Positions 12,642 to 24,362 of a stretch of DNA of 64,000 bases are shown in pieces (within the stretch, counting starts at the first letter, position 1; each line of letters opens with the position of its first letter). Below the pieces are notes generated by a model that did not search any database, was not told the DNA's origin, and was given only the letters and a program-made list of their open reading frames with translations. The DNA lies in contig NW_024704749.1 in assembly GCF_018977255.1 (NCBI RefSeq), forward strand, positions 2,976,001 through 3,040,000, given 5' to 3'. The DNA comes from Callorhinchus milii. Lineage: Eukaryota. The translations under genes were made by a program, and so were the position numbers.

Positions 12642-12942
12642 AAGCTGTGGTATATGGTATTTCTGTAAGTTTACACAATGGGTTTGATCATTGAAGCGTG
12701 ATCACATTGCAAGATACAACCATTCAATTCCAGCAAACTGACAAATATTATTCTTGCCGGTTTTAATGCAATACATCTAAATCCTATTTCCTTCGGTTGG
12801 GAAATTTATCGAAAGTGTTTACAAAGCGAATCTGTTTCTCAATTTGGACATTCCTGGCAAAATTAACTTCAATTTCAAAATACTACAATCACAAGTATTA
12901 TTATTAAAGGTAGATATTCGATTAGTGCTCCACATTCCTGGT

Positions 12943-13265
12943 TTAGTTACAACTGGATCTGGCGATGCTTTTTTCGAGCGGAGTGGCCAGAGTCTGGTGT
13001 TTGACCACACAGGAATACAGGTCGTGTGACTCCCACTCGGAGGTTGGCAGAGTCAGATAACTGCTCACACTGTACGTGTTGTCCGCCTGCTGTTTGATCG
13101 CACTCGTTTCAACACCTTGACTTCTGGCACTGCCATCCACAGTCCACTCGACCTCCACAGCTCCCGGAATAAAATCATTCACCAGACACACCAGGGTCGC
13201 CTTGCTCTTTGCTGTGATTTGATCTGGTGAAGGCGGAAGGACAGTCACCGAAGGGCCCTGTGGGT
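12943..13265 (-). CDS. IGLC: Ig lambda-like C exon, cluster B (intact)
   Basis: 323 nt after ttccttccAG. Encodes (N)PQGPSVTVLPPSPDQITAKSKATLVC...W...YSC...ARSSCN*, with both domain cysteines and the penultimate interchain Cys. Confidence 0.96.
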
Positions 13266-14991
13266 CTGGAAGGAAAAAAATAGTATTTCGATCATGTCCA
13301 TTATATGATTAATTAAAATGGTTGAAATTTTATTTCTTAACATTTTAAAATTACAATCGTCCTGTTCAATCGCACGACACAACTTCATGTTCGCTAATAA
13401 CTATTACAATACAGTAATTCACTTTCGCGTAAAAGGTAAAACATTTTCTTGTCTATTGACGTACCTTTCAATTGTGACAAGGTCTATCTATATCAAGAGA
13501 ACAATCAGTGTGGGGATCACGGCTGATAGACAAATGTCTGGGGGCTGCTCATCATACACCGCTCATTATTATACATACTATCATTAGTTGGCTGGTGAGC
13601 GGTTAAATGAGGACAACACGTTCAAATATTCCCGTATTGAAGAAATAAAAGACAACAATTATCAGAAATAACAACAGTCACTATATACATATATCCCGTC
13701 ACAGGGAATATGTGGTGGGAACACCTGATTGAAAGCGCAGTAAAACATTATTGTTAATTCTATCCATTGTTTCCCTTCACAGAGGAGAGAACGTGCAGCA
13801 AATGGATATAAATATCTCGCTGTGTTTGCAACTGAACACCCCTTTCCTATTAACTCTGTGTAAATGTAAATACGCATTATTCAGCTTTAAAACCAATTTT
13901 GCGCAAACTAACCTTCCTTGAGAAGGCAGATGTTAATCTTTGAACGATGTTGGGATGAGAAAAATCGCTATTCACGAATGTAGGTCGTTTGTTATTGATA
14001 CATCAAAATGTGATTATCAATAAATCAGAATATTAGAAATTCTCAAAATCAAATTGAATCTTTTTGGAGCGACTGTGACATACCGATAAACACAACAGTC
14101 AAATGCTTTCACCCCATCTATAAATAAACAATTCCATCATTGATGTTTCTTTACAGGCACCGACAGCAGATAATAACAACGTGAACATATCTTTTGACCG
14201 AACACTGTACACAGAAAATCAATTCAGGAGCACAATCAGATTCCAATATTTCAATCGCTGCGCAGAGTAACTTCACAAGTCTTCAATAATTCAGTTGGCA
14301 CCGTATTTACTGAATTTAGTCCTAATAATAGCGCACCCTTTAAAGTTAATACGTAGGTTGGGATCCCCTTAACCTCACAACTAATAGGAAACCATAAAGT
14401 TAATTTCCAAGGGAGAAAATATATTTTGTGTGTTGAGCGGATTGAGCCGTCTCTCGGGCTGTGTCTTCTCTCAGTGTTGATAATATCTGAAGAATTACAG
14501 CCACTTGTGATGGAACACCTGACATTACTGAGTTTTTGCTGTTCATTGCAATTGTGCTCACCTTGGTGACATGAAACACGGAATTGGCAGAAAATAAAAC
14601 ATTTTAAGAAATTCGAAAATATATCTGCGAAAAATGTTAAAATAGAAGCGTTTATTAACGGGAGGAATAATATTTCCACGTCATACTATTCCTCTAACAC
14701 TTTTTACCCATGTTGATTTTCTGCACTATCCGTCCTACTTCCTCACAGACTCTCAGTTAAACTCAGCATTCGCATGTTTGATTCTTCAAAATATCCGATT
14801 TCCAAATAAAACGTTTATCATTGCGAAGATTATGGCCACATGGAAATATTACCAGAACAGAGTGAAACAGAATCCAACACAAATAAAGATACATTTGTAC
14901 TGTGGAACCTTTGAAGGAGAACCAGATTAATATAATTATGGAAAAGTCGAAACAACCACATGCAAAGATTACAATGTCAAAGATCACTTAC

Positions 14992-15342
14992 TTTTCAAAC
15001 TCAGCTTCGTCCCTTTACCGAAAAAGTAGTGATATGGACTGTTGCTATCCCCGGCACCACAGTAGTAATCGGCGGCGTCCTCCGGTTGCACACCGCTGAT
15101 GGTTAAATGCATGGCGTTGCTCGATGAGTCCACAGAACCAGTGAATCGATCAGGAATTCCCGGACCTTTGTTGTCGTTCTCATCCCAAACAAACAGAGGG
15201 GCGCCGTCAGGCTTCTGCTGGAACCAACTCATGAAGTGGCTGCCGATGCTGCCTCCGGACATGGTACAGGTGATCTTGACGGTGTTTCCCGGGGAGGATG
15301 AGATGGACGATGGCTGAGTCAGGGTAACAGCTGCGGCTGTGC
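14992..15342 (-). CDS. IGLV: Germline-joined VJ exon, cluster B (intact)
   Basis: 351-nt open exon: ...[45 protein letters not shown]...DYYC-GAGDSNSPYHYF-FGKGTKLSLK; AG/GT signals intact. Confidence 0.95.
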
Positions 15343-15432
15343 CTGGAGAAACAACAAGTCATAAATAGGTCAAATTGTTAAACTGTACAGATTGGATGTA
15401 ATTCAGATCGGTGCGGATTCCGCAGCGCGTAC

Positions 15433-15481
15433 CATGTAGACACAGGAACAAAGCGGCCAAAACTCGGAGCCAATTGCCCAT
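15433..15481 (-). CDS. IGLV: Leader exon, cluster B
   Basis: MGNWLRVLAALFLCLH+G, donor GTACGC. Confidence 0.92.
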
Positions 15482-15556
15482 TGTGAGCAGTTTGATGAAG
15501 ATCAGAGAGATGAGGGATGTTCCTGACAAAATCCACTTTTCTGCTTCTTTCTGAAC

Positions 15557-15617
15557 TTCTCCTTAAGAACCATCAGGTGATGTAAGTCCAATTAAATTCT
15601 TAAATTATGCAAATCAC
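15557..15617 (-). promoter_or_regulatory. Octamer promoter, cluster B (octamer 15607-15614)
   Basis: Same conserved block as cluster A. Confidence 0.85.
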
Positions 15618-16066
15618 CATCCAGGTTGCATCGTCCAATACGAGTCCTGGTTTCAAACAGCATACTGAAGATCATGCAGATTTGAGCCATTTTATTGCCC
15701 ATTTTCGAAAAGATATTTCATGGTAATATTGCATAACATTTCACCCTGAAGACTTTGATTGTATGAAGCTCAGTTTCATTTCCATTATGAAATAAAGATT
15801 TTTTAAATGGCACAAACTTAATTTTTTTACAGAATCATGGAAACGTCTTCCATTACATATCTTATTCAGATATTTCATGGGTTTCTACCACGATCGCTTG
15901 CCATGTTTCACAGAGAATTATCTTGTTGAGGAGCTTGTTCTATGTTGGATAATTTGTTGGTGCAAATGTTTCATCATTTCTTTCAGTTACAGATCACACA
16001 TCTGACCCATTACAGACCTGCACAGAAAGTAACACTACAAAGCTGTTGCCAGCGTTACTCAAACTA

Positions 16067-16141
16067 CAACAACAACAACAACAACAACAAGATTCCATTT
16101 ATTGAGCGCCTTTCACGTCGGGAGGACGTCCCAAGGCGCTG
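16067..16141 (-). mobile_element. 75-bp extreme 3' fragment of the same L2 family
   Basis: L2 tail with 6-bp TSD aaacta (16061-16066 / 16142-16147); empty site present in the paralogous flank near 42499. Confidence 0.85.
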
Positions 16142-16296
16142 AAACTAAATATACGGATTATAGATTTTTGAAAATATAAATTCCCCAAGTCTTCCTTCGG
16201 CAGAATATCAGATTGATTCACAGTCCTTTGATGCTTGAAGAAAACTTCTATCACGAAACATTATCAATGATGAAAAGAGCCATAGCTCTGTTTATA

Positions 16297-16619
16297 AATA
16301 ATAATAATAAAAATAATCCTTGCATTTGAAATAGCGACTTTTCACGTCTTTTAGATGTCTGAAAGTGCTTCACAGAATACAATGTAAAGTGAATTGACTG
16401 TATATTTGTGGGCAAAGTGCAACAGCCAATGCTGTACACAACAGCGTCCCACAAAGAGTCGTGGGTTGAAGCGACCAATTTATTGTTGTTCTTTTCTTAA
16501 GGGATCATTATCAGGCGTGCGGATTAAGCAAACTTGCCCAAGGATTCGCCCTGCCGGGATTCGAACCCAGATCTCTCGCTTGCAAGGTAAGTGCTCTCAC
16601 CACTGAGCTTCAGGACTCC
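16297..16619 (-). mobile_element. Deu-domain SINE
   Basis: Full head-to-tail match; same insertion site as 42644-42944. Confidence 0.85.
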
Positions 16620-16936
16620 AGCCAGGAAGATATCTCCACATTTAGAGATAGGTGTTGATGATATAAAATTGACATAGTGTTTGGCCTGTTTGTAACATTG
16701 AAGAGCAATGTCACAGATGACATACAAAGTGCCCAGGCCTTGGCTGTAGCTAACCTGTACCAAATACTTTCCAGAATCAGGAAATTGGTTTGACACAAAG
16801 AGGCGCTATGGAATTCCATCCCAGTCACAAGGAAATTGCCGTGTAAATGTGGCACAAACACATCGCCGAGAGAATGTTACTGAGGCTGTAGTTTGTTATT
16901 CCCCCACCCTCCACACACACACAGATAGACATATGT

Positions 16937-17435
16937 GGAGTCCTGTAGCTCAGTGGTTGAGCACTCGCTTTGCAAGCTAGAGGCCTGAGTTCAATTCCAG
17001 GCAGAGGGCGAAACCTTGGGCAAGTTTCCTTACTCCACACAGAGCCTAATAATAATCCCTCCAAAACCAAAAACAATAATAAATTGGTCATTTTCAATCC
17101 ATGACTGTTTGTGGGACATTGCTGTGCGCAATTGGCTGCCGCGTTCGCCCACAAATATACAGTCAATTCACTTTACAGTGTGTTCTGTGAAGCACTTTGG
17201 GATGTCCTCCCGACATGAAAAGCGCTATATCAAATGCAAAGATTATTATTATTTATTATAAATTGGTCATTTTCAATCCATGACTGTTTGTGGGACATTG
17301 CTGTGCGCAATTGGCTGCCGCGTTCGCCCACAAATATACAGTCAATTCACTTTACAGTGTATTCTGTGAAGCGCTTTGGGACGTCCTCCCGACGTGAAAA
17401 GCACTATATCAAATGCAAGGATTATTATTATTATT
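16937..17435 (+). mobile_element. tRNA-Ala-headed Deu-domain SINE with tandemly duplicated 3' half
   Basis: Head ggagtcctgtagctcagtgg with TGC anticodon-like loop; body tgtttgtgggacattgctgtgcgcaattggctgccgcg (AmnSINE1/SacSINE1-type Deu domain); L2-like tail with (att)n; 17259-17435 repeats the 3' half. Confidence 0.88.
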
Positions 17436-17467
17436 AAATTTTAGTTTGTTTGGGCTATTTGATGCTT

Positions 17468-17778
17468 AATAATAATAATCCTTACATTTGATATATCGTT
17501 TTTCAGGTCTTCTAGACTTCTCAAAGCACTTCACAGAATAGACTGCAAAGTGAATTGACTTTATATTTGAGGGGAAATGTGGTAGCCAATTGCACGCAGC
17601 AATATCCCACAAACAGTCATGGTTTGAAGTGACTCATTCATTTTTGTTTTGTTTTCTTGAGGGATTATTACCAGGCATGTGGAGTAAGGAAACTTGTCAA
17701 TGTTTCACCCTGCCGGGAATCAAACCCAGGTCTTTCGCTTGCAAAAACAAGTTCTCTAATTACTGAGCTACAGGACTC
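17468..17778 (-). mobile_element. Deu-domain SINE (older)
   Basis: Match to the family; same position as 43300-43622. Confidence 0.8.
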
Positions 17779-19277
17779 GACTTATTTTATTTTCTGCCAA
17801 GAGGATTTTCCTGGAGACACTCATGGATGGAAAAAAATAGGTTTAAGTAGGCACTGCAAACGAGTGACCGGAAGTTTTGCTTCGATATCTTCACACAAAA
17901 ATCCAGTCAGCACTCCGATAACATTCCCCACCTGGTTTTACATTATATTTTGTTTATTTTAACCACCATACTGGCTAGAGGCTGTATTATGTGGAAAGGT
18001 GTACACTTTGGTATATTCATAAATTTCCAATCAAATCTTAGATAATATCAGATACCATTGTTCTCTTCTTACCTTGGAAAAAAACTCATACAAAATATAT
18101 TTCTAATGAAGGTTGGCATCCACATGTTTAAGTAAACCAGAATGAATTGCAGCACCTCTGTCTTATTTTGTTCTATAATACTTGAGATTTTTGACCCCAA
18201 CCTCTGGAACTCCATTCAGGAATCTCTTCCCCTTGCCCTGCCTTCCGTCCATGAAGCTTAATTTCAACTCCTTTCTCTTTGACTGTGCCTTGGTCATCCT
18301 TCCACCCATCCCCCTTGATTACAATCGCAGCTTGGGTGCAAATGCTTGACTGTCCAGCACATTGCTGCATCATCCCAACATGAAACACACTACACAAATG
18401 TATTTTTTTCATGCAGTTGTCTGTCATTATCAGTGCCTTATTGTATGGTGGAGTGCTTGCCATTATGCTTCACCTAATTTTGACAGTCAAAAGTATATCG
18501 TCTTGGAGCCATCTCATCTCAAAGGAGTCCCCACTAACTTCACTTCTATCCCACCCCTCCTCCCGCCGGAAGGATTGACATGAGATGGAGATTCAGCATC
18601 TAACAAGCGCCGTTTTCGACATTCATTGGGTGAACAGCTGATACCAGAAACTCCATGTGAGTCTCTGTATTACCGTGTGAAACTCTTGAAAGTATCACTA
18701 CCATCCTCCTGACACAGCCATGTTAACCGTCATAATTTAGTGTACACAACCTGATAAAATTAAAGTTCTAACATGCATATACCTGTGGGTGTCAACAAAC
18801 AGGATATCCTATAGTAAATAATTGATACGATCTTATATCAAATTGAACATCTGTCATGATTTATATCGAATAATCCAGGGCTGACATTGTTGAGGGCAGT
18901 GGTGCATAATCAGAGTTTTCATTGTTTGAATAAAATGTAAACCAAGTTCTTGTTTCTTCGGGTAGACATAAAGTCATTAATTGAAAAGCAAAAGAACTTA
19001 GTTCTACATCAGATCAATTAGTTTTTCAATTCTTGATTCAACAACAACCAAACTTCTACATATATAATGCCCTACAAGCAGGGTAGCATTTCGGTGAGCT
19101 TGAGTTCTTGTGCTGCCAAGTTGCTGCTGCTAATATCTACTGTATTTCGCTGCAAAAAACAGTCACTACACTTAGCAACAACGTGAGTTGCTTTTCTAAG
19201 AGCAATAGAAATGAAACACACTCATTCACAATTGTTGCCTCTGTGAGAGTGAGGAAACTGTTTTATTTATTGTGAGA

Positions 19278-19293
19278 CAGTGCCCTCTACGGA
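19278..19293 (-). promoter_or_regulatory. CTCF-like motif within a conserved inter-cluster block
   Basis: TCCGTAGAGGGCACTG resembles the CTCF core CCASYAGRKGGCRS; identical at 36775-36790 and 48659-48674. Confidence 0.5.
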
Positions 19294-19867
19294 TCGAGTG
19301 TTTGAGTTGAACATGATTCTCCTGCTCCTCACCCTAATCCTGTCCACATCTGGTCTGTCACAATGTACGAATACTTGGTTAGAAATACAAGACGGATCTC
19401 TGTTAATGTGAAAGTTTGCAGAGATTGTGAAATTCATATTTAACTTTCAGAACCGCTTTCTGTTGTTCAATCAGACCCAGGTGGAATTTCTACTCAATTA
19501 TTTACAAAGAATGAATTCAGAAATGTTCACAGAAGTGGATACCTTTATTTTGCATATAAACAGGATGAGGAGCAATATACTCCGAATAAAAAACAGAAAA
19601 ATGTGGTTATCACATTGATGAAAAGCAAAAACGACTTTCATCTAAATAGCGCACTTTATGCGGGCAATCTCTCGGATTCCTTTACATGGATGGCGTTGGA
19701 CACCGAATAAGGGAATTATGAAACGATTAGCAAGAAATATGTTTAATGCACATTCATCAAAACAAAGCACCGCAAATTTATCATTTAAGTGGCGAAATAA
19801 TTGATGCATTCTTTCTTGAGTTTCATATTTTTTCGAAAAAAAAGGCAATGAGCACAATCAACGTCAT

Positions 19868-22750
19868 CAGAAACCTGGCTCACCCCAGGCGACACCTTCC
19901 CCCTCACGGAGGCCACACCACCCGGCTACACCTCCACCACATCCCCCGCCCCAACCGCCATGGCGGTGGTGTTGCCTTATCTCAAGGACACCACTTGCCC
20001 TATCCCCTTACTCCACTGGCTCTTTCCCTTCTTTGAGCACCTCACCCTCTCCGACCACTCATTCCTCTCCTTTAAAATCCTCCTCCTCTACCGGCCCCCT
20101 AAACCTCTCCCACCTTCATCTCTGACATTTCAACACTCCTCACATCTCTTTGCCTCTGCTCTGATCGCCTCATCATCCTGGGTGACTTTAACCTGCACTT
20201 CACCCCTCCTGCTCCATCTCCACAGACTTCTCTTCCCTGCTCTCTTCACTCAACCTCTCCTTACACATAAACTCCCCCACTCACAGTCACGGCCACCCAC
20301 TCGATTTGGTGATCACCCGGGGCCTCGGATGTCACTATTACCGACAAGGCCATCTCTGACCACTACTTCATCTCCTTCACCACTCACCCCCTCCCACCTC
20401 CACCAGACCCACCACCATCTTCTACGCCCTTGGAAGAAGTTAACCCCACAATCCCTAACCTATGCCATGGAGTCCTCTGAACTCCTCTCCCTCTGGCCTT
20501 CAACCCTCACCGATCCCTCTTCTCCTCTCTCCCTCCTCCACAATACCCTCTCCTCCACACTCGATACTCTTGCCCCATCATTCCCGCACTGTCTCCTACT
20601 CCCGCTCCTCCCCCTGGTACACCACCCACCTCCGCTCACTGAAAAGCCAGTTGCGGGCTGCTGAACGCACCTGTGTCAAATCTGGGCTAACGGTCCACCG
20701 ACATATCTGGCTGGACCTCCTCAAAATTTACCGCTCCACTGTAGCCTTGACCAAGTCGTCCTTCTACTCCAGGATAATCTGGAGGCGAAGAACAACCCAG
20801 GCTACTGTTTTCCACCACAACCGACTCCTCCGTCCCCCCCGCCACCCCGCGCAGGTCATCTCCTCCAACCTTCACTGCGAGGAGATGCTGGATTTCCTTG
20901 AATCCAAGATCAAGGGAATTCGCTCCGCGGTCACTTCCCCTCAACATCCACCAACCCCTCACTCCTACACTCCGACTCCTACCATCCTCCCTACTCACTT
21001 TTGTACCCGTTTCCCACCTTCTGTCACCAAACTCATCCTATCCCTGAAACCAACCACCTGCTCCCTTGACCCATCCCCACTCCACTCCTTATCTCCCAGC
21101 TCCACTTTCTTGCCCCAATATCACCGACATTGTCAACCTGTCCTCTCCTCTGGCTCTGTCCCATTCCCTAAAAAACTGCCACCATCACGCCAACCCTGAA
21201 AATACCCTCCCTTCATGCGTAGCAGCGATCAAGCTACTGGCCCATCTCCAACCTCCCCTTTCTCTCCAAGGTCCTGGAAAGAGTTGTCGCCTCCAACTGC
21301 GCTCTTTCCTTTCCACCCATTCACTTTTCGAACCCCTTCAGTCAGGTTTCCGTGCTGCCATAGCACAGAAACTGCCCTGGTCAAGGTCACCAAAGATATC
21401 CTGACCATCTGTGACCAGGGCTCCCTCTGTCTCCTCGTCCTCCTCGACCTATCGGCAGCATTCGATATGGTTGACCACGCTATCCTACTCCACCGCTTGT
21501 CCTCCCACCTCAACCTTCAAGGCACTGTCCTTGAGTGGTTTAGGTCGTACCTTTCTCACAGTCTTCACTTTGTCTCGACAATGGCTTCTCCTCACCCCCC
21601 GCACTGTCTCATGTGGTGTCCCTCAGGGCTCTGTCCTCGGTCCCTCCTCTTCACCCTCTACATGCTCCCCTTGGTGACATCATCCGCAGACATGGAGTTA
21701 ACTTCCACATGTATGCGGATGACACCCACTCTACCTTTCCTCCTCTACTCTCAACTCCACGACCACCGATGTCCTGACAGCTGCCTGTCCGACATCGAGT
21801 CCTCGACGAGAGACAACTTTCTTCAGCTCAACGTGCGAAAAACCGAGGCCCTCCTGATTGGCTCATGTCAGCGCCTCCGCACCTCAGGCGCCGACACCAT
21901 CAGCATCCAAGGCTGCACTCTCCACCTCTCAAAGCCAGTCAGGAACCTCGGTGTTTTGTTCGACCCTGAGCTGTCCTTTCCCCTCACATCCGCACCACAA
22001 CTGGCACCACCTTCCATCACCTCCGGAACATCGCCAGACTACGGCACTACCTCATCCCTCACGCTGCTGAAACCCTGGTCCACGCCTTTGTCACCTCAAG
22101 GCTGGACTATGGGAACTCACTCCTCGCCGGCCTTCCCGCCACCTCCCTCCACAAGCTGCAGGTCATTCAGAACTCTGCAGCTCGTGTACTGTCCCGCACC
22201 AGGCTTCGGGACCACATCACTCCCACCTCGCTCGCCTCCACTGGTTCCCATCCCCAGAGGATTGATTTCAAGATCCTCATCCTCACCTACCAACGCCATT
22301 TACGGTCTTGCTCCCTCCTACCTCTCCAACCTACTATCCCCTACCTACCTGCCCGTATCCTCCGTTCCTCCGGCTCCGGGTCTGCTCCATGTCCCCCGCC
22401 CCAATCGCCCTACCATCGGTGGTCGGGCCTTCAGCCTCTCAGCCCCTAGGCTCTGGAACTCCATCCCCAGTGCCTTCGCCTTGCTTCCTCCCTCTCCTCC
22501 TTCAAGGCCGGTCTCAAAACCTTTCTCTTTGACCGAGCCTTCAGCTCCCCTCTCGACTCTCTTCCCCCTCCTCGCTCCCTCCCTTCCCTCCCCTCACCCT
22601 GACCATTTCCCCCTCCTCGCTCCCTCCCTTTCCTCCCCTCACCCTGACCATTTCCCCCTGCTCGGGTCGTGACCCAACTGTGCAGTGCCTTGGGACGTCC
22701 TCCTGACGTGAAAGGCGCTTTATAAATGGAATCTTGTTGTTGTTGTTGTT
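19868..22750 (+). mobile_element. L2-clade LINE, 5'-truncated (endonuclease plus RT, frameshifted)
   Basis: ETWLTPGD...PGY...HIPRPNRHGGGVAL, LLYRPPK, LVLLDLSAAFDMVDH and GVPQGSVLGP motifs; 3' end acgtgaaaggcgctttataaatggaatc(ttg)n; probable TSD gtcat (19863-19867 / 22751-22755). Confidence 0.92.
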
Positions 22751-22811
22751 GTCATTGCAAAAATTTAAACAGAGTCTAAGAATAATGCAACATTTGTGCT
22801 GTCGATGCAAG

Positions 22812-23247
22812 TGTTAGCATAAGGCTGCAGAATTAACATACTTACAATGGGTCAAAATGGGTGAGAGGTCATGGAACATAAGGAGTCAGTACAAAGAAAG
22901 AGGGTTGAAGGAAACATATGATTGGATATGTTAATAACGAATTGTAAATGACTGACAAGAGATTGGTGGAAAATATAGAGGGAGTGGAATGAGAGTATAA
23001 AGATAGGGAGAACAAAGAAGGAGAAGAAGGAAAAGATCGGAGGAGCACGAGGGAAGACTTGATGGAAGATCAAAAGCTTGAATACCCAGACAAGATAGAT
23101 TTGAACCTCGGCAGCTGAACGTCTCGTCCCGCGGTAGCATTGGTTTGTTATAATCCCTCCATGGTGTAACGTTATAGAACTAGTAAAGTTTGGCTTAACA
23201 GATTTTGCCTAAACGGAATGCTGGGTGACCTTTCTTGATATCTAACA
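22812..23247 (+). mobile_element. Solo LTR (436 bp, 4-bp TSD, Gypsy-like)
   Basis: TGTTAG...CTAACA termini, TSD caag on both sides, empty site atgcaagtacttcc near 10785; TATA-like tataaag inside. Confidence 0.85.
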
Positions 23248-24362
23248 CAAGTACTTCCAGATAATTGCACAAGGGATGCTTAAAGCCATAAAATAATACC
23301 TGAACATTTTCCTATTCTTTTAGAAATATTTATACTTGACTAAAACAAATCCTGAATGGTATTATTTATTGTAGGATTTATGTTTGATTTATTCTGCTAC
23401 ATATTTTCCACACTCAATTTGCAGATCGATGTATTTCCCGATCTTCCCGAGTTCCTTATTTGTTAACTTGCAATCACTTGGGATAGCCTCGCCACATCAA
23501 TTCTACTACATGTAGATCCCATTTTTGGTCCTTTATTATAATATCTGGTTTGTAACAGATGACTCTTCTATCTGTATGGTCTGATGAATACCACTATTAA
23601 CATTATGATTAATATAAATATATTGATGGGTTTCTGCAGTTATAAACCTGACTGACCCCCCAAAAATACTCCTCTACAATTCCAGTGACTGTTGGGCTCA
23701 GAGTTGAGGCATTCTCACGTCACAAGGTTGCCATCAGCTGAAATCTTTACAATGATGCTGATTTCGAAGGGAAAGCAATACTTAAACATATATTATTACA
23801 TTGCGATCGTTAAAGCGATTTCCTAAATATCCTTTTCTAAAAACGACACTTTATGCCGTATCAAAATGTATTCTCAGTGGGCTGCAGCTATTGTAGCCAC
23901 CAAAATTAAATATAAAATGTTTCCAAAAATGGCGAAAATAACCTTTTTGAATCCTCTTCATAAAGAAAAATCGACATTTGCAGTTTTGACTTACAATTAG
24001 CGCATGATTCAGAATGCGTAACCATGGATGTCGGAGCTGGTTGGTTCTGATAACCATTCATAACCATTAATAGATACAAATTCTCAGATTAAGAGAGTAG
24101 CATACAAAATCTTGTAAATCTAGTAAACACTCCGCTTACTGTCGGTTGTGTTAAGTGATACAATAGTCATTGGTTTCATTGGTTCCTTCAATTGGACTAT
24201 TCATATCTAATGAATCAATTCTCTTGATTCAAACAAAAACACCGATTATTATATTGAAAAATTGTTGTAAACTACTCTACTATATCATTACCTGCTGCGA
24301 ATGGGACATTGCAGATACGTTGTTCTCTAGTTATCCTCTTTTCATGATTCCAGTTAAATAAT

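Noticed and set aside
19960-22672. Long ORFs of 234-485 aa as host genes
   Set aside because: They are alternative or broken frames of the L2 ORF2; the same applies to 28353-29579.
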